Below, in pieces: positions 1 to 22,684 of a stretch of DNA of 64,000 bases. Location of the stretch: positions 1 to 64,000 of the forward strand of contig KZ538058.1 of the NCBI GenBank assembly GCA_000934665.2, written 5' to 3'. The notes under the pieces are model-generated. The model was not told where the DNA came from and searched no databases. It saw only the letters and a list, made by a program, of their open reading frames with translations. The DNA is from Catajapyx aquilonaris (lineage: Eukaryota). Position 1 is the first letter of the stretch; each line of letters starts with the position of its first letter. The position numbers and the translations under genes were made by a program.

Positions 1-94
1 ACCGGTTCTCGTCCGATCCCCGAAGTTAAGCAACGTCGGGCCCGGGTAGTACTTGGATGGGTGACCGCCTAGGAATGCCGGGTGCACTTGGCCA
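1..94 (+). rRNA. 5S rRNA: 5S rRNA gene, 5'-truncated by window edge (starts at about nt 27 of the mature RNA); sequence variant
   Basis: ACCGGTTCTCGTCCGATC-CCGAAGTTAAGCAACGTCGGGC...TAGTACTTGGATGGGTGACCGCCT...TTGGC matches invertebrate 5S rRNA. Box A (AGTTAAGC) and Box C (TGGATGGGTGACCGCC) regions are intact, and an oligo-T follows. Confidence 0.9.
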
Positions 95-98
95 CTCA

Positions 99-105
99 TT
101 TTTTT
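99..105 (+). terminator. RNA polymerase III terminator (T7) of the 5S gene
   Basis: Run of 7 T beginning about 5 nt after the 5S 3' end. Confidence 0.75.
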
Positions 106-791
106 CCTCTTCCAAGTGACAATTGAGTAGAATAAATTCACCCACAATACTGCCGTATTCCAGAAATATGACAACATCAGTGCTGAGTTTTGTATTCAGA
201 CAGGGGTTCATGCGTGCACCACATTTGAAATTCAAAATTATGAGCAAGTTGAGTCGCAGTTTGAGTCACAAGCAGTTACTTCCAAGTCGCGGTTATAATT
301 TCATCTGGTTACGTGTCAGTAGCTGCTACGCTGTGTGTTTGTTGTTTGTCAGAGAAATGTATTGATCGAAGAAATGTCGTCGTCTTTCCTCCTCCAGATG
401 CTGGCCGTTCGAGTGACATCGCAGCTGAAGTTTTTTTGAGTGGAATATTAATTTGATCAAGCGAGCTGCGGACACATTTTTCCCTGCCAGGAAACAGTTC
501 TTCAACTAATTTGAATCACATTGCTGCATGTTCAGTAGTTGTCAAAAAGTTATTGAAGGGAAGTACAACCGAAGCCACTGACACATTTGGACATTTTAAG
601 CAGCACTTCTTTTCTATTGTCGCACTTGAAGGTTGGTTTTACTAAGAACAAATGTGAATGTACACTCTAGGAAGCAGAATCATTAACCATATGTTGCATG
701 TCTTTTACAGCATAATCGACATAACTAGCAATCAATTTTTTTTAAAGAGAAGGACAGTCCCTGGAAAGTAGGGCCATAATCAAGAGAGAAG

Positions 792-1970
792 ATGGCTGAG
801 GAGGTACAAGTCACTCGCACTCACGCCTTGAGCAGTATTAATGAGAGTTGCTTTATATTGCAGAGTATGGATCGGTTCTCTAATTTACCGGAGGAGCTCA
901 AATTGAAGATCTTTTCATACCTGACTCCGTACGAGTTGCTGGCCAGAGCTGCTCCTGTGTGTGTGGCCTGGCATGAAGCCACACGCAATCCTCACTTGTG
1001 GAAGGCCGTCAAGATATATGGAAGGAGGAACGCTGAGATTGCGCTTGAAGCCGTCAGGTGGATGACTCTTCTGAAGCGTCTGCACCTGGAAAAAGTAAGC
1101 AGAGGAGCTGATGACATTCTGGATGCTGTTACCACACATTTAGAGTCGCTGTCGCTGTGCCTTGTCATTATTCATCGGGGCCAAACACTTGCGAGGTTGG
1201 CTGCCAAATGTGATAAATTGAGAGAAGTTGATTTCACTTATGTCAAGTACAGAAATATTCATCCGCTCGATGCTTTTGCGGAGTGCGAGAAACTCAGCAA
1301 GATGAGCCTGAGTCTATTCCACAAACCCTCGGCTTTGAATAAGCCTCATGCATATCCTAGTCTGGAAGAAATTATGTATGATCCGGAAGGGCCTCAAGAA
1401 GTTGAGATGCAGTATCTGCTTAAAAACGCAGTGAAGCTGCGGTCGCTGACTACCTGGTGGCTGAAGCTACCCGAGTCATTTGCACGTGTGGGAAGATGCA
1501 GTCTCGTAGAGGAGCTGCATTTATACTGTGCATTTGACATGACTGATTCCTGCCTCCTAGATAGCATTGGGCGGCTCCGATCACTGCGTGAATTGTCGCT
1601 TGTGCAAGCGGATGGTCTCAGCCGCAAGGCCCTGAGAAGGTTCTTTAGCACACCTGACGTGGTGGGAGGCATCAAGAGGCTTAATCTCACCCTCACACCT
1701 AACGTAGATGATGACTGTTTGGCCGCCATTTACAAGCATTGCAGATCTCTAACTCATTTTGACATTGCTCTTTGTCACAAGGTCACGCCTCAGGGGATTT
1801 TGGACGTGGTGAGAAACTGCCCAGGTCTCCAGGTACTGAACACAACATGCTCCGAACTCGTTGATCAGCATGTGCTTGATATTAATCCGAATGTGAATGT
1901 TCACCCTGAACCTGTACCCAAATTCAGACTTTCCATCAACATCAGTCTCATGTACTGGCCAAAAAGTTAA
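792..1970 (+). CDS. F-box/leucine-rich-repeat (FBXL-type) protein; probable exons 792-803 and 864-1970 (372 aa spliced, 392 aa unspliced)
   Basis: F-box motif FSNLPEELKLKIFSYLTPYELLARAAPVCVAWHEATRNPHLW, followed by cysteine-containing LRRs (e.g. CRSLTHFDIALCHKVTPQGILDVVRNCPGLQVLN). Candidate 60-nt intron 804-863 (GAG|gtacaa...tttatattgcag). AATAAA at 2039-2044. Confidence 0.85.
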   Translation: MAEEVQVTRTHALSSINESCFILQSMDRFSNLPEELKLKIFSYLTPYELLARAAPVCVAWHEATRNPHLWKAVKIYGRRNAEIALEAVRWMTLLKRLHLEKVSRGADDILDAVTTHLESLSLCLVIIHRGQTLARLAAKCDKLREVDFTYVKYRNIHPLDAFAECEKLSKMSLSLFHKPSALNKPHAYPSLEEIMYDPEGPQEVEMQYLLKNAVKLRSLTTWWLKLPESFARVGRCSLVEELHLYCAFDMTDSCLLDSIGRLRSLRELSLVQADGLSRKALRRFFSTPDVVGGIKRLNLTLTPNVDDDCLAAIYKHCRSLTHFDIALCHKVTPQGILDVVRNCPGLQVLNTTCSELVDQHVLDINPNVNVHPEPVPKFRLSINISLMYWPKS

Positions 1971-2733
1971 AATGATAATGATATGAATTTGCTTTTAAAT
2001 CAATATGATTGGCATCATGTTCATGTTGGAAGGTCCAAAATAAAATGTTTTTTTTGTGTGTTATATATCCTCATATGTGCCAGTAAACTGTCAGGTTATA
2101 CTTGTAAAACCATGGAGTCTGTTCATAACCAAAAAAACGTGCTTGCCTTGGTTCTGCTGTGTTTTAATGGAGGCAAGAAATCTAATTTGCACTTACTCTT
2201 AAATACTTAAATGTGATTCCATGACAGTTAAGTCTGAAAATACTGTTCATCACTTGTGAAAAAGACTGCGGGGTTAAGGTTTACATGATATTTTACCAAC
2301 TGGTAAGTTGTGCAAACATAGGCCCTAATTTTACAAAATAGGAATGGCCTCTGAAAATAGAGCGTGTTGAAGTGTGAGAATATTGAGAAACTGAAAACAT
2401 GTTATGGAATGTGAATTAATCCAGTAAAATGCATGACACATGTTTCATCCATATGTTCTAAATGTGTAATTCTGTGCTAATTACTGTTGTTAGAATAATC
2501 ATGACAGTTATTATATGGACATGTCATCCTAATCATGGTTACCGATACATGTTATGGCCTGTTGTCGTGTCCAATATGTATGTTGCACCTCATTGTCAAG
2601 TGAAAGCCTTCCAATCTATATTTAATGTTCAAAATGTTTCAGACCAAATAATATACTTTGTTGTACTGATGTTAATTGCGAGTTTGATGTACCCAACAGT
2701 CCCCAAAATGTGAATTTGGTGCTCCCTATACAG

Positions 2734-2779
2734 ACATATATGGCTGTCATCAACAGACTGCGACTCGTCAGAAGGTCAG
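2734..2779 (+). other. Candidate upstream METTL2 exon with ATG at 2740 and tandem donors (GT at 2775 and 2780)
   Basis: Acceptor ctccctatacag ends at 2733. Donors are AG|GTCAGG and CAG|GTATGG. Downstream acceptor tgctcttccag ends at 3044. An upstream donor TG|GTAAGT at 2303 could supply a first exon. Confidence 0.55.
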
Positions 2780-3075
2780 GTATGGTACTTGTTTATTTTT
2801 GCTTCATATTAGACCAACATTATCGCAATGAGATGAAATGCCACTCATTTCCATGATAATATCATATTGCCGCCAAGATTTGAACATTTGCTTCTGATCC
2901 CACCCCACAGATGGCAGGACCTGTACATAACAACTCTGCTTTGAAATAGCAGTGATTTTAACGTGAGCCAATAAACAGCTACGAGTAACGGCTACACATG
3001 TGACTGAATATATATCTGTGCATGTGGAAACTGTGCTCTTCCAGGCTTCTCCTCCTCCCTGGAAACCGCAGGCTG

Positions 3076-5418
3076 ATGGCCATGGCTTCCTCATCATCAT
3101 CATCATCATCATCATCTGACCCACCGGCCACCAAGGACAAGAAGCCGCAGTTTGGGACCAGGTTCCTCACCGACCCTAAGAATGTCTTCCAGCACAATGC
3201 ATGGTGCTGTGCAGCATCATTTGGACTGTTGTATAGGTTGCTCTTAATGATCTGAATTTGCAGGGACAACGTGGCATGGGATGATGCACAGGAGCAGGCC
3301 GCACGTGAGAAGGTGTCGGAGAACTCATCCCAGTTTGCGTCGGAAGAGCAGCAGGCCACTTACGAGCAGGATGCGGAGAAGCATTGGGATGCGTTCTACT
3401 CGGTGCACCAGAACCGGTTCTTTAAAGATCGACACTGGCTTTTCACTGAGTTTCCAGAGCTGGCTCCAAGCAGCAGGAACGCCTGCAGCAATGGGGTCTC
3501 CCAGAAAGAGTCGTACCCTGGGGAGGGTGCCACGTTGCGGATCCTGGAGGTCGGCTGTGGCGCCGGGAACACCGTGTTCCCTATCTTGCAGACCAATAAC
3601 GACGGAGGGCTCTTTGTGTACTGTTGTGACTTCTCCAAGGCAGCCGTAGACATTGTCAAGGAGTACCCAGAGTATGATCCGCACAGGTGTTGCGCTTTTG
3701 TGTGTGACGTCACTGAAGAGGACTGGGCGGCCCCATTCCCAGCAGGGAGCCTGGACATCATCATACTCATATTCGTACTTTCAGCAATTCATCCAGACAA
3801 GTATGAGTCGAAATCTAATGGTCACATTGGGGGCTGAATATTTTCAAGCATGTTTTCAAAGGACTGCAGAGCGTAAAATTTACGTAGGCGTAGGAGCTCA
3901 GTGAGACATACTGGGAAAAATGAATGACTAAAAGAGGCTATCACTCGAGTGGTCATGATGATGTGTGCTGTAAAGTCAGCCATAATAGGAAGTGAGCAGG
4001 ATTCATGCCTACATCATCAATTACCAGTGATGTGACCCCCCAACGGATTGCAGGTTAACATGGCTTATCAAAAAGGCTTCAGACGTAGGGTCAGCGATAG
4101 TAAAACTGTTCCTTCACGTTGATAAGTTGTGTAGTTATTTCTCAGAGAACATGGGAATGCTAGTAATCATAATGCGCTATGATAACCAGTCATTCCATTG
4201 TGGTTTCCAGCATAATTGATTCAATACCTGATCTCTTATTGTAGTCATTGGCTACAGTCTAAGAAATGCATTTCTGATCTGCTTTCAGGGAGGCCACCCT
4301 CCTAATTCGTAATTACTGCATACATTGTCCTAACAAAAACAAGCAACTGACAGAAGCAATTGGGGGTACACTGTAGCCTCGCCCTGTTTGTAACAGATGC
4401 ATCCGTTTGAAGGCCAACTAGTCCTGTGCAGAAGGTGGTTCCCACTAATTTCCACTAATTACATGGGTATTAAACTGTCGTCTATCAAAATATCCCTTCA
4501 TTGTGTTTCGTGTGCATATCGTTAATCTTGTAGGGAGTAGGTCGTTTAGGTGGACAAGCAAGTGCCTCCAAACGGAAGGGATGTCCACTACCAACTTCAC
4601 CTTAGACTAATTTAATGCACTTTTTTCCTCCCTTGCATCCCCTCACATCAGATGCCAAGGAAAATGGACCCTAAAAATTAGATATACTATAATTGCCTTC
4701 CAAAATAAGAAACACCAGTCAATTACTTTTGAAATCGAGCATGAAACCTGTGTATTGAGGAATTACTCTGTCCTCCAAAAATGCCTCTTACTGAACAGGT
4801 TTCCGTTATATGCTGACAAAAATCTGTTGAAAATCATCCGCCAAGACCTACCAAAAGTCATGTAAGAGGTCAGGTCCATTTTAGACAGGTTTTACTGTAT
4901 TGTAGAACAAAAAGTACCTCAGATATGTATCATACACTCCTGAGGTGAGATAGGCTGCCTTTATTTAAGTTAATGCTGCAAACATTAGCTGTTTTTTGAC
5001 ATATGCATTGCAATAACACTTGCACTTTCATTACAGAATGGCCCATGTTCTGAGGAAGGTGGCCTGGTACTTGAAACCAGGTGGTAAGGTTGTGTTCCGT
5101 GACTACGGTCGCTATGACATGGCACAGCTTCGATTCAAGAAGGGCCGGTGCTTGTCAGAGAATTTCTACGCCAGAGGAGATGGAACAAGGGTCTACTTCT
5201 TCACCAAAGGTGATTTTACCAGAGTGTGACATGAATATATGTCATAAATCTAAATATGTTTTTGGAAACTTCCAGAAGAGGTCTCTCAGCTGTTTCAAGC
5301 AGCCGGTCTGATAGAGGACCAGAACCTGGTGGACCGACGCTTGCAAGTTAATCGCGGAAAGAAGCTGACCATGTACCGTGTATGGATACAAGCCAAGTAC
5401 CACAAACCCTTAAAGTGA
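3076..5418 (+). CDS. METTL2: tRNA N3-methylcytidine (m3C32) methyltransferase, METTL2 family; exons 3076-3203, 3264-3800, 5037-5209, 5276-5418 (326 aa)
   Basis: Spliced protein contains [40 protein letters not shown] motif [48 protein letters not shown] and [23 protein letters not shown]. All introns are GT-AG with matching phases (981 nt total). AATAAA at 5539-5544. Confidence 0.93.
3091..3117 (+). repeat. (TCA)8-TCT microsatellite encoding poly-Ser at the METTL2 N-terminus
   Basis: Direct reading; in frame with ATG 3076. Confidence 0.9.
4740..4897. mobile_element. Degenerate pogo/Tigger-like MITE in the long METTL2 intron
   Basis: Right end TTAGACAGGTTTTACTG+TA (reverse complement TA-CAGTAAAACCTGTCTAA). 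Left end CATGAAACCTGTGTA is a decayed inverted copy. Similar size and terminus to the MITE at 15245. Confidence 0.5.
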
Positions 5419-6871
5419 CACAGGACCTGACCACAAAATCCCAGCCCTTCCATGTTACTGTGTCTGACCTCTCCACTTTTTAGCTGTGACTCATGTAAAG
5501 CTTCTCTCTACCCTCTGTACTGCTGGTTACTATGACTGAATAAATAAATTGCCATTTTATAAGCCACTGTACCGAGCGTCTATTTTCTGCACCGAGGTGG
5601 CCGTGACGGCAGTCAAGACCATGTAACCTGCCATCTGTCTAGGTATCATAGCAACACCGGCAGTTGATTACACACGCCACACATGAGAGGTATTGATCAT
5701 GCATGGCTTCAAATGAGGCCAGATCAGCTACCATGCAAGGTACTCTTAATAAGTATTTGCAAGAATATTCCCCCTACCACGATTTGCATAGCAATTTCCT
5801 AAAATCCATGCATTTGCAAGCTATAAACATAGGTTAGGTGCAGCCAGCAATAAACGAGGAGGGGGCATAAATTCCTGGTCAAAAAAAAGAGGGGGGACGC
5901 ACACACAAAAGAAGTTTGCCTGCACGAAATTTTGCGAGGGCGACGCCCGTTCGGCATGATTTTGCGATATAGGCCAAAATTATTATTTCCCCACCCCCAG
6001 CAAGTTTTACCCCCCACCTTGTTGTTCATCCCTTTTGCTATTCACAGTGTGCTCCATATGTTTGAGCCAGCAGAATTCCGGATTTGCAGCTGTTCAGATC
6101 TTATCATTCGGACCTAGTTATACCGTGGGAAAAAAAAGGCAAGGCAATCTGCACGTAATGTTGAACTACGAGTATGAATGAAAAGTACGGATTTGGACAG
6201 AAAATTGTCAAATATTGGTTAGATTCAGTGCAATTATTTTCTGATCTTGATCTTTGCTGGTGAACTTTTGCTAATTGAACTTGGACTGTCTACATGAGCA
6301 GCAGAGTGGAGAAAATTCTGCGGGCATAATTCCGGAATCAGAAAAAAATGGAAACAAAAGCTAAAAAAAAGTTGCACTAGTTGCGAAAATCATCGGGCTC
6401 CTAATGAGTAATTATCTACTGCACGGAAAGTACATGCCCGAACCTTGTCATTATTGTCAACTGCACAACGATGATTGGACCAAATCTCTGCAAAGACCTC
6501 CATTTAATTGGCTTAATCAGAATATCAAAAAAAAGGTATAGTCGTGCCATTAATTTGTTAGCAACTAGGTCATCAAAACCATTTCCAGTGACCTAGTATT
6601 GAACTTTATCCTGACTTTTCAGGGCAACCAGCACTACACACACGTTGCCTAATTCTCAAGGCACATACGCTCTTCCTATAAAAATTCCATCGAAATTATA
6701 GATCAGTAAAAAATGTTGCATGTCCATTACACTCTGACCTGACACTTTCTATAGAGACCCTCCCCATTCTTCTACACTTTTTTTTTTTTACCTAGTTTCT
6801 TTTTTTGTATAGTTGACTCTCCTCCATGGTCTCTACCCGTCTACCAGGCCCGTTCATGCGCCGTTGCTCAG

Positions 6872-6915
6872 CCAATGAGAATCCGCCATGAGTCAGTGGG
6901 TCCCCGCTTATAAAA
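6872..6915 (+). promoter_or_regulatory. Alpha-tubulin core promoter: CCAAT (6872-6876), AP-1 TGAGTCA (6889-6895), TATAAAA (6909-6915)
   Basis: Motifs read directly, in typical order, about 180 nt upstream of the ATG|GTGAGT exon-1 end. Confidence 0.7.
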
Positions 6916-7089
6916 GAGCGCTGGAACCATCCAGACACGCCCGCTGCTTCTTCTGGTTCAGCATCCCTCACCTGTGTCTCATCGCTCGACACCTCGTGAG
7001 ACTTGCCTCTCCAGACTACAACAGCCCCAAGTCTACATCGACACTCTCGTCTTTTGCACGTCCAGTTTGTTACCAAGTTATCTGTCAAT

Positions 7090-11074
<3,985 letters not shown>

Positions 11075-11123
11075 ATAAGCCACCACCAGCAGCCTTACAA
11101 GCACCAATTTGCAATTTTTTCAG

Positions 11124-11129
11124 AATAAA
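11124..11129 (+). promoter_or_regulatory. Polyadenylation signal of alpha-tubulin
   Basis: AATAAA 50 nt after the TAA stop. Confidence 0.7.
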
Positions 11130-14100
11130 CGCAATCACAGCATGAACACACGGGATAAAACAAACACCCCACTTTTCAGGTACAGGTACTCACAGTCTGC
11201 TGTAACGATCCGCCTGCAACAAGTCAACAAGTTCAATTTCCGCGCTCGCAGCCATCTTGGATATGACGTCACGCAGGGTTGCCAGATTAATCATATGCGG
11301 GTGCTGCCATCTGCTGGGTGATTGCTCTGGTGATGGCGCCACTCTTGAAGAGTACTAAAAACATGCATGCAATTCTTTTGGTTGTGGAAAAATTTTCTAT
11401 GCAAATTTTTTTACAGATCCGTTTTGCAATAAGTATCAACATTGGCGTGTACTGGGCTCCAATAAGAAATTGACATTGCAAAAATTAATTACTCAACAAT
11501 TACCCCTGCGTTTAAATGGAGGTTGTCGGAACCGTCCTTATTGCCACATAAACCTGCAAACCAAAAAAGCTGATCAGCAAAGGCATCGCAGCGGGATGCA
11601 CTCTTATTAGCACCATCCCGCTACTAAAGTTAGCTACAACTATTATGCCTAAAGCAATGAGTTAACTAGTACAGTTTCAACTAAATGGTAAAGAAAAATA
11701 GGCATTCATTGCATTTTTGCAGATTTGGAATGAGTAGGCGATGCTCGCTAATCGCAGTGATGTTGTTCCGCTAACCATGCAAACTATTGGCTCTAACAAA
11801 GACTGATTGGGTGACAGATAGTTCCCCAAGTTGGACACTCAAAATTGGTTTTGCCACATTGCATTTTATTTTTCTCTGTAAAATTATGCACCGTTCATGG
11901 CTGCAGACCGACACTTGGGAATGACGGTCATGCGGGATTGAGGGAAGAGAGGTCTTGGGTCGGGGGTCGGGAGGGGGAAGGAATGTGGGAAGAGAAATAT
12001 AATGCAACGTGTCAGTTATCACTTGGCTCAAAAGTAAAACTTCTACAAATCACAATTGTTCATCATTGGGAGTCCTCGCTCATTTACCTGTCGATCTCAT
12101 GTACCGTATTGCATTGGTTCAAAAACTGCCATTGAAAAAAAAGGTCCAAGCATGAGGAGATAGAGAACAGGTTGAGAAGTGTTTGCAGGGGAAAAAAAAT
12201 AGGGAGCATAAGGATTATTGCACTTCAGGTACACACAATATTAAATACACAGGAAAACAATTGTGTAATTTGTATTTTTTACAGGCAATGTCGACGGCCA
12301 TGAGCCAAAACCATGCCGTCCTTGTTTTACATGGCCCTTTTTTTTTTCTCTCTTTCTGCTCTTGGGTTGTTTTTTTTTCACGTTAGTCGTGGGGATTACA
12401 GTGCAGCGCATGGAACATTGAAACAAGCTGTCTGGTTGTTCTATCAGCAACAACTAGATTATGTTATATTATTTTTGACCATCTAGGAATTTGGCGATGG
12501 ATTCGAAGGTGTGCCAAAGTTAATGGGGAGCTCTTCCCCTCATCAGGCACCACAGTGGTTAAAATGGATCGCACAGCAGCAGAGTAACGAACCAAAGGGC
12601 TGTGTGGAAGATACGGGTTTTTGAGGAACAGGTGGGGACGAGGGGAAATCAAAAAATGAGCAGTTGGTACGTATATGTTCACAAGTGGGTCCATCTTTTT
12701 TTTTTTTTGCGGGAAGAGGAAGAGTCCACACGCGCACTTTTATTTTTCTTAAAAAATGAGGATAGCAGCACCCATCTATCAATTTGAATGTGGCTGCCAC
12801 AAGTGTAAACAATTATGGAAATAACAAAAAAAAAGAAACAAAGTTATAGCTCCCTGCTTACTGAAGTTGGGTCATCCAAGAATCTCACAGCCTCGTACCC
12901 ATTGTTTTCAGCAACTAACCTTCTGCTTCCATGTACATTTATTATTACCGTTTCCAATTCATAATTGAATTGCTTTCTTCATGCACAACTTACGGTTGCA
13001 CCTTGTAAAATGCCTTCTTTGAATGGGAGAGGCGGCTTTTAAATGTCTGCTCCTTACATCGATTATCGATTATCATTTCACGAATAAATCCTACCAGTTT
13101 TGTAAAAAATAACAAAACCCAAAACAACAGCCAACATGATTTTCCACACCACTCTCGCTTTCTAATCTTGCATTCCGTCAGTGACACTTTAAAAAGGCAG
13201 CTATTGTGGTTCAAACGTTTGTGGAAAAAGGATCACAGTTACGAAAGAAAGCTAAAAGAAATCACTTTGACTTGGCTCTTTTCTTCCCTCGGGCCATGCT
13301 AATGCTTTCCCCCAGAGTTACTTAACAAAAAGGGGATCATTTGGGACAAGCGAATGAAGTGGCGGCCCTATGCTTAACGAAGGTCAATAGACTCCATGCT
13401 ATTAGTACAGGGCTGCATAACCTGCATGGCACACCACCGAATGGATGGGGGGAAAAAAACGTTATTCAGTCATGGCAGTTACCAAAAATCTCCCCAAGTT
13501 CCACGAAAGAAAAATTTCAGCAATACGGGTAAGGTGAATGAATTGTGACTTTTGGAAAGAATAGGACGAGTAAAAGAATTTAAGGCCCACATCAATCCCC
13601 CCCCTTTAATTACGTTCGCTACAATTGAGCGCCACTTCTAATCCGCAATGTGTACCTGCACTGGAGCACTCTTCCCCAATCTCTTTGCAAACACACAAGC
13701 TGCTCTTGCGATTCAGAATAGCTTCTCTTTTTTTTTTCCCTCGACTCCCACAATCCCCCCCAAGGTTCCATTGGACCACTAGAAAACAAAAACCAAAAAA
13801 AAAGTGGGGGAGAGAGCAGGTCGCAACCTCGATTTTTGCTTATTCCAGCGAATATTTTTCACAGGATTTTTTTTCCATTTCTCAGTCTAACTCACCCCTA
13901 CTGCCACCATCACTAGAGGGGGTGCGGGTAATGGAGAGGAGGGGGATTAAGGTGAAGGCTAAAGGGTTTGAGGGGGGGCGGAAAGGAGATATTAACATTT
14001 TGAGCAAGCTGCACCAAACGGCTTGCAACTGACCAAAAAAAAAATGAAATAACATAAATTGTCCAGTTTGTTATGTACACCATGCCATCAGCACCGCTGT

Positions 14101-14889
14101 ACCTGTGAGCAATCCCTCCTCTTTTGTTTCTTTCCTTCTTTCCATCGCTTAAGCCAACAATTGTCCTGATTTAGGTTGTCTTCTTTCAGTAAAAAAAAAG
14201 GACCAAAAAAAAAACAAACCAAAAAAAAAGAAAAAGAAAATGTTTCCCATAAAGCTTGTCAACATTTTGGTGTCATCCCTTTCTGATTTTTCAAAAGTTC
14301 AATATAAACAAAAGGACTCTACACAGAGCAAAAATTCCACTACGATATCAATCAAATTCCACTTGACTGTACAAAACACTGATCTTCCTTCGTCTCCTGA
14401 TGATAACTTAGTACGCAGCTAACTTCTCCCACACACTCACATGTGTCTCTTGCACTTTCACACTTTTCATATGCTCACATTTTTCTTGTAGGAAGCTTCG
14501 GGAAGGGCGAAGGGATAGGGAGGTAAGTCACTAGGAATGAGAGGGAAGGAAATAATTGTTGTGTTGTCGGGTCAATAAAATTGTCCACTCCAGTCTTGCA
14601 TAAACCAACATCCTTAAGTCAATATCTTTTTCACTTAAACTTTTCCTTCCATTATTCCTACAGTCTTGCACTAACCAGAAGGGGTAAGGGTGTCGGGGGG
14701 GCTTGGGGATGCGGGGGGGTGGGAAAAACCACTTTGAAATCACACTATTATCGTAGTCCCATTACTTTTGGCGTCACATCCGCATGTAAAACTCACTTTT
14801 TGGGAATCGTGAGACAAGTTGGGTGGTGTGTGTGTGTATGTGTTTTGAAGGGGGGGAGGGAGGGGGTGGTATGTGTGTGTTGACCACTA

Positions 14890-22684
<7,795 letters not shown>

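Noticed and set aside
3281..3904. Alternative-frame and antisense ORFs over METTL2
   Set aside because: Shadow ORFs of a real coding exon.
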